From a virus (taxonomy: Duplodnaviria; Caudoviricetes), in the IMG/VR virus record IMGVR_UViG_3300037295_000263, positions 1 through 64,000 of that record: 64,000 nt of DNA; one strand, written 5' to 3'. How positions within the stretch are numbered: the stretch's first letter is position 1; each line of letters starts with the position of its first letter. Below are positions 62,901 through 64,000 of the stretch, one piece after another. The translations under genes were made by a program, and so were the position numbers. The notes beneath the pieces were generated by a model, which ran no database searches, was not told the DNA's origin, and was given only the letters and a program-made list of their open reading frames with translations.

Positions 62901-62984
62901 GCTAGTTCCGGCCAATCTATGCTTAATAATACCAATAACATTATAAAATTTATATCGAAAAAGGGTTCAGAATTGCCTGAATAA
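50901..62984 (+). CDS. Giant baseplate/virion structural protein (4027 aa; gp7 position)
   Basis: A single 12-kb ORF directly after gp6, starting ...RKSVELLPKLFQTETN.KF, with several carbohydrate-binding-like modules. Confidence 0.75.
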   Translation: MTIKNFPKSQTPIRKSVELLPKLFQTETNSKFMSGVVDSFVQPGSLDKTVGYIGKRYGKTFNSTDIYLDTDATLRSVYQLDPGVVIKDNDNNNVDGFYDYIDFKNQLRFFENKIDRDDLITSSTHYTWNPPLEWDKLINYREYFWIPQGPPAVNVSGTIGTNVNAIEIVTGSRYVINSLGNTNFIELGAESNQSGVEFVAIRSGTGTGTAKLVEVSTFKVNNGIVSAWVFSPDGLTSNPTITLYRGKTYKFKVNAPDDNFFIRRQIDTGSMIYNPILPYQKNQVVAYNGKLYKAEVDIAAQLNPVSVDEDVRWTYLKDITEDNYLDYNNGVTNNGTSNGVLTFSIPFNAPDLLFYQSSIDPNKFGKFLIASIEENTNINVEKEILGKLSYQSSNGVNFSNGLVVKFIGNIFPVIYEKDSWLVEGVGTGITLTKFQNLIVSPAIVKNSPDVVFDGQGFDSLPFDDASAYPSDKDYITISKSSLDGNAWSRYNRWFHRSVLEQAHTLNNSTFFATENSRAKRPIIEFKPNLQLFQHGSRVKNPVDFIDTFTLDAFSDIEGSQGYIVDGESLFDKARLLITADTDFFVNNQVYVVNFIVHNGIRQISLIKDVDGEPTVNDGILIRRGAVNRGMMFYFDGTTWAKSQQPSAVNQSPLFDMFDSDGYSFSDNTVYPSSSFAGTPIISYKLGNGKIDKELGFKISYLNINNVGDIQFQFNLDSDDFLYQQEQQVVYKKLSSGFYKFNNTDILENGWINLDPKYLQPIIESVTVTEPTNRIVSNAIKWNSITDTDIDKIIFFVNGTKINDKFTRINDTFNFERTFDINDVIVLKLFSSAEPEDGYYEIPLGLEKNPLNQKIASFTLGQASDHIISGLELFDSFSGIYQGENNLRDISGYENLSRRFLKHTGITPVAMVALCDKEINIIKSLQYAKDAYSEFKNTFLSVAESIIYDDNIPNFVDAILKEIGKSKNNSSPFFRSDMIGSGAFTSLLYTVEDEGIKSFVLSDKFDLDNNSNRAVYIYINQQQLIAGKDYEFNSNFGFVTLSIELAEGDVIEIREYVSTSNNFIPSTPTKLGLYKKYTPAMILDDTFVEPREMIQGHDGSLIFAYGDYRDDILLELENRIYNNIKQQYNPLIFDNDKVLGGFYNSEIYNKNQLDTLINADFLRWLSAVNINFTENSYFDSEDSFTYTYSAMTDPLGQQSLPGYWRGVYRWIYDTDRPHRCPWEMLGFSQQPLWWEEEYGPFPYTSNNLILWDHLQEGRITQGERAGIHDRYKRPLLLEHLPVDEYGNLLSPLESSFARNFVLINNKGNFKFGDVSPAEHAWRTSSEYPFSIISALCLLRPFDYISTNFNKSLTTLNISGQTINVNSETFITIDDLILNDTDVNAPVTGLFLYIVDYLKSKAKDKSIIENKIKNIDVLLSNRISGFVDQAQQKYLLDSKSPNSSSSSIFIPNENYNIIFDVSCPISSISYSGLLIEKVNKGWKISGYDSLDPYFEYFKAVASQTDALISVGGISEPFVEWVADKFYSNGILIRYNNKFYRSLQSHTSEDNFNVALWKQLPKVPIVNGIEVFKRRFFDTLSVRKVMYGQVFENIQELADFIQGYEQYQLSLGIAFNGYSSETQTAFDWTTSLKEFMFWTKHNWAEGSLISLSPLAQKIEIDVTVGAAENILDSFYNYQILKSDGAALPLNFINVSRDFQKVTISTTNTNEGIYFLKIYFVLKEHIVLFDDRTVFNDVIYDKPSGYRQDRIKVRGFRTTDWNGDYTSPGFVFDNVNIGQWQPFVDYKLGDIVSYKSFSWTSSKTHLGSETFENSNWTKLDLIPEKGLVANFDYRINQFEDYFEVEADGIGSSQRELARHAIGYQKRDYLQNLAEDDVTQFRLYQGFIREKGTANSVVKIFDKLSKTSNSVILNEEWAFNVGQLGGVDQTTEYEIKLNKINFKMSPQPILITNLSDRYVNNQYIKSTINDFTLRPIPFTTSISPTSVYTGDTRNAGYVKLDHVDFVKASRNNILEIDSTSVKDNSYIWLTFNQNSWTVFRYNINPLIKITNIEITDITVILTTDIPHGLFIGDVFSINNFINLNGFYRAFNTTTNTIRFVTATTIPTPVLEDNPNYSLGILTEARLDNISTLDFSSAPEGFRYWIDSDESEKWKVIEKNSQLNQDEFVVLAQEEPTVDIDLIDNVKLYDPVNQIKLADVDFVNYYKLKILNFAEQSLSFKTIYDPAIYSIGTEDETVDEDQAWFEKNVGKLWWDLNSCKFFLAEQGSVAYRSGNWNNLVEGASVDIYEWVETPLLPEEWSILADTAEGLNLGISGQPKFNDSSVLSVKMVINPVTGENTNKLYYYWVKDSTIIPANIIRKSSASEVRRLIENPAASGFPFISFIENNKFLSYNLENYFKSDSALLNIQYKKKYTNLNPVNNEYQLLTEGVADSVPAPSLEAKWIDSLIGEDRAGNRVPDSTLSDKQKYGIKFRPRQTMFADRGEALKVVFGNVNSVLMQQPFVDLINFDKLNQTDNPPSAVLNEYDTVLDTFSDISQYGLVRAKESVVEIVLINGKIENINITNPGFGYAVSPPITITGDGKNGSATAEIDSQGRISKITVTNKGSGYSVANATIRTFSILVINDSTYDNKWSIYSWDQQRNVFFRSKSQAFDVKQYWITVDWWDTTYSSESSIVKEINSIDQLELINLEVDELIRIKEFANGGWAVVKKTKYGAGDLLNNFTLVGRKNGTIQILESAFNLTQNSTGFNGTGSYDSTLYDLQNSKELRIILDAVKHDIFINDLRVEWNKLFFASVRYAFSEQLYINWAFKTSFLNAIHTVTELSQKLNYRSDNLDSYREYLEEVKPFRTTIREYTSRYTKLENTPSAMTDFDLPPAYSAQAGKVVPINSNFNKFEEYPWKWWADNNGFEITDIEILNAGSDYTSPPSVLIQGNGYYAQARAFISNGRISKIQILNPGTQYTTTPIIELVGGNGSSTNTAKAVAILGNSKIRVFNTSLKFDRICKNGIYENFMHIQEETSSGSESIFNLTYPPSYDSSKLQIFINNKLLLKNNYTVKIYKENIFSSTLSGKVIFNVPPETGAAIKIIYDKNNSILDSVNRINKYYSPATGMIGNDITQLMTGIDFGGVKIQGNSFDVTGGWDAMPWFTDNWDSAKSSGDFYYAFSFGTDEDSTQIYKTGKLFKYDNIFYKALKTTANGEGLAVYPQISEGWQEFWERFEVELPFVPLVGQEISVYLRLAGENTSTRIDDLNYGSAEQTNTNAVMLTIIGDGIFNTVDLNEIVTIEQGDTIIFRTMDSDGAITINDINLLDSNIDGGSIDEIIGGAFITANGKKAEDIVIDGDSFITPDQVPAPEENVPGQVLDSVSIKVFTELTGNAAPLQSSVFVGNGVTSSYNIGLTVFESDSVIVYLDKIKQDYNIDFEIDWTKNTIKFLSTPLSGQSVEIISIGTGGTSLLDYQEFKADGDTSLFLTKADFNKTSEVLVSLDGEQVDIGFRNSSEFLDIDNKTIIQFGLRPSRNQVIKIVSIGNNNSQAGNSLVRVNTQQIISDGRTKTFELDNFVNLNSASLQSSVLVNLNNKQLNSIDTIYVEYNGTNNQVDLNPNNQYLSGTILPSDIVVFINDRRALFVTDYIINSIQDSLTINASKLKKGDIIRINVGIVSDYSISGTQLILSDDVELTESDIIEVTWFSNYLAMNIISDQYMGGLLRYPLSKSVLSSDYVWVYKNGIKLSTSIDFTVDLSAKFVYLVNSTVSSDSIKIVEFANSINQNPSAYEIFKDMLNTVQYTRYAVNSSIVLVNQLNYYDQSFEVSDASTLTIPITNRNIPGVVVINNERIEYLRKEGNILSQLRRGVHGTGISPIHSPGSIVVNIGYTETIPYSEKEEIFIAENRTADNVLLIGPLDFIPTKSTNRNEWFKGIQEHAIPEEFGPCDQIEVFVEGRRLRKDPITVYSEILGPAEVSNGIEIPAEFSVDGITPYIRLTTSVNKTSEIKIVRRQGKIWYDTGIDAASSGQSMLNNTNNIIKFISKKGSELPE

Positions 62985-62987
62985 ATA
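62982..62987 (+). promoter_or_regulatory. Putative late promoter TAAATA overlapping the stop codon of the 4027-aa gene
   Basis: GAA TAA ATA CAA TAT C ATG. Confidence 0.55.
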
Positions 62988-62994
62988 CAATATC

Positions 62995-63621
62995 ATGAAA
63001 AATCAAAGCGAATCTACTATGCAAGAAAAATTAGGGTTTCATTTCGAAGGGCATATCAAGCTCTTCGATCCCGAAACCGGCGAAGTGTATATCGATAAAC
63101 GTAATGCTATCCACTACGAAAATATGAGCGTAGCTATGGTTAACAGTATTAGTAATCAAAATCAAGGATGGATTTACGAAATGGCATTTGGCTCGGGAGG
63201 AACAACAGTTGATCCAACAGGATTGATTACCTATTTGACCCCAAATACTGTAGGGATTAATTCAAATTTGTATAATCAAACTTATTCAAAAGTGGTAGAT
63301 CCTAATTCTATAGAAAACACAGATCCCATACGTAATAAAATGGAAATACGGCATATAAGCGGTGCTACATACAGCGATGTAATAATTTCTTGTACACTCG
63401 ACTATAGTGAGCCGGAAGGGCAAGAAGCGTTTGATAATAGTCAAGATATGGATGGAAATTTTGTTTTCGATGAGTTAGGCCTTAAATCTTATAGCCCTTC
63501 GGGCGAAGGGAAGTTACTCACACATGTAGTATTCCACCCTGTTCAAAAATCTCTGAACAGGCTTCTCCAAATTGATTATACAATTAGGATTCAGAGTTTA
63601 ACTGGCTTTACTGAGGTATAA
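62995..63621 (+). CDS. Putative baseplate/virion protein (208 aa)
   Basis: GHIKLFDPETGE...NAIHYENMS and FDELGL...LLTHVVFHPVQKSLNR; co-oriented in the baseplate cluster. Confidence 0.7.
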   Translation: MKNQSESTMQEKLGFHFEGHIKLFDPETGEVYIDKRNAIHYENMSVAMVNSISNQNQGWIYEMAFGSGGTTVDPTGLITYLTPNTVGINSNLYNQTYSKVVDPNSIENTDPIRNKMEIRHISGATYSDVIISCTLDYSEPEGQEAFDNSQDMDGNFVFDELGLKSYSPSGEGKLLTHVVFHPVQKSLNRLLQIDYTIRIQSLTGFTEV

Positions 63622-63623
63622 CG

Positions 63624-64000
63624 ATGTCATATAATGTAAATTTTACCGATAAAAATAGACCACCAATTACTGTCCAAGATGATGTTAGAAATAATGATAC
63701 TAGCTTAATCTTTGTAGGAAGAAATTTTGCAGGATACGGACAAAGCATTGCAGAAAACTTTTTAGCACTAATGGAAAATTTTTCAAATACAACTCCTCCC
63801 GAAAGTCCAGTAGAAGGACAATTGTGGTATGATACCATCGAAGGCATACTTAAAATATGGGATAATATAAATTGGAAAGCAGCTAGCAATATCCAGAAAA
63901 GTGTTTCGCAGCCATCTACTAGTATTTCTAAAGACGGGGAATTGTGGGTCGATACTGCTAACCAACAATTAAACATATTTGTCGGAGGCAGGTGGGTAGT
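63624..64000 (+). CDS. Putative baseplate-attached fibre protein, truncated by the window end
   Basis: Not in the ORF track. ATG at 63624 reads MSYNVNFTDKNRPPITVQDDVRNNDTSLIFVGRNFAGYGQSIAENFLALMENFS...PVEGQLWYD... and stays open to 64000. Confidence 0.75.
   Translation, partial: MSYNVNFTDKNRPPITVQDDVRNNDTSLIFVGRNFAGYGQSIAENFLALMENFSNTTPPESPVEGQLWYDTIEGILKIWDNINWKAASNIQKSVSQPSTSISKDGELWVDTANQQLNIFVGGRWV

Noticed and set aside
41703-63976. Short minus-strand ORFs within the baseplate genes and short alternative-frame ORFs (e.g. 45180-45368, 60340-60564)
   Set aside because: They largely or entirely overlap long conserved genes and have no recognisable motifs or RBS.
1-64000. Stop-codon reassignment, as in some large phages
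   Set aside because: Genes up to 12 kb are uninterrupted in the standard code, coding density is high, and TAA and TGA both terminate recognisable genes.

Overview
A 64-kb, AT-rich, densely coding fragment of a large T4-related (myovirus-like, probably jumbo) phage genome, read in the standard genetic code. Bases 1-35.5 kb are all minus-strand. They hold three giant Thr/Gly/Asn-rich fibre-like virion proteins (>1950, 2368 and 3469 aa) that share a 55-aa repeat, three smaller virion genes, the head module in T4 order (gp20 portal, two core-like ORFs, gp21, scaffold, gp23) and a tape-measure-like gene. A divergent gp26/gp51-type chaperone follows. Next is a minus-strand gp55-gp47-gp46-hypothetical-GIY-YIG block. 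From 41.6 kb to the end is a plus-strand baseplate cluster (gp48/54-, gp53-, gp27-, gp5-, gp25-, gp6-like, and a 4027-aa protein). Three signals are not explained by the ORF track. (1) A 549-nt non-coding interval (36644-37192) directly downstream of the GIY-YIG gene folds by eye into more than 12 nested helices on the minus strand; it is a candidate large ncRNA that I cannot assign to a known family. (2) A clean -1 ribosomal frameshift signal (T TTT TTC plus a downstream stem) extends the tail chaperone into an unannotated 75-aa frame. (3) A TAAATA late-promoter motif lies upstream of many structural genes, often overlapping the previous stop codon. No tRNA, rRNA, CRISPR array, integrase or transposase was seen. 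Family assignments come from motif recognition and synteny only; no database search or folding program was run.
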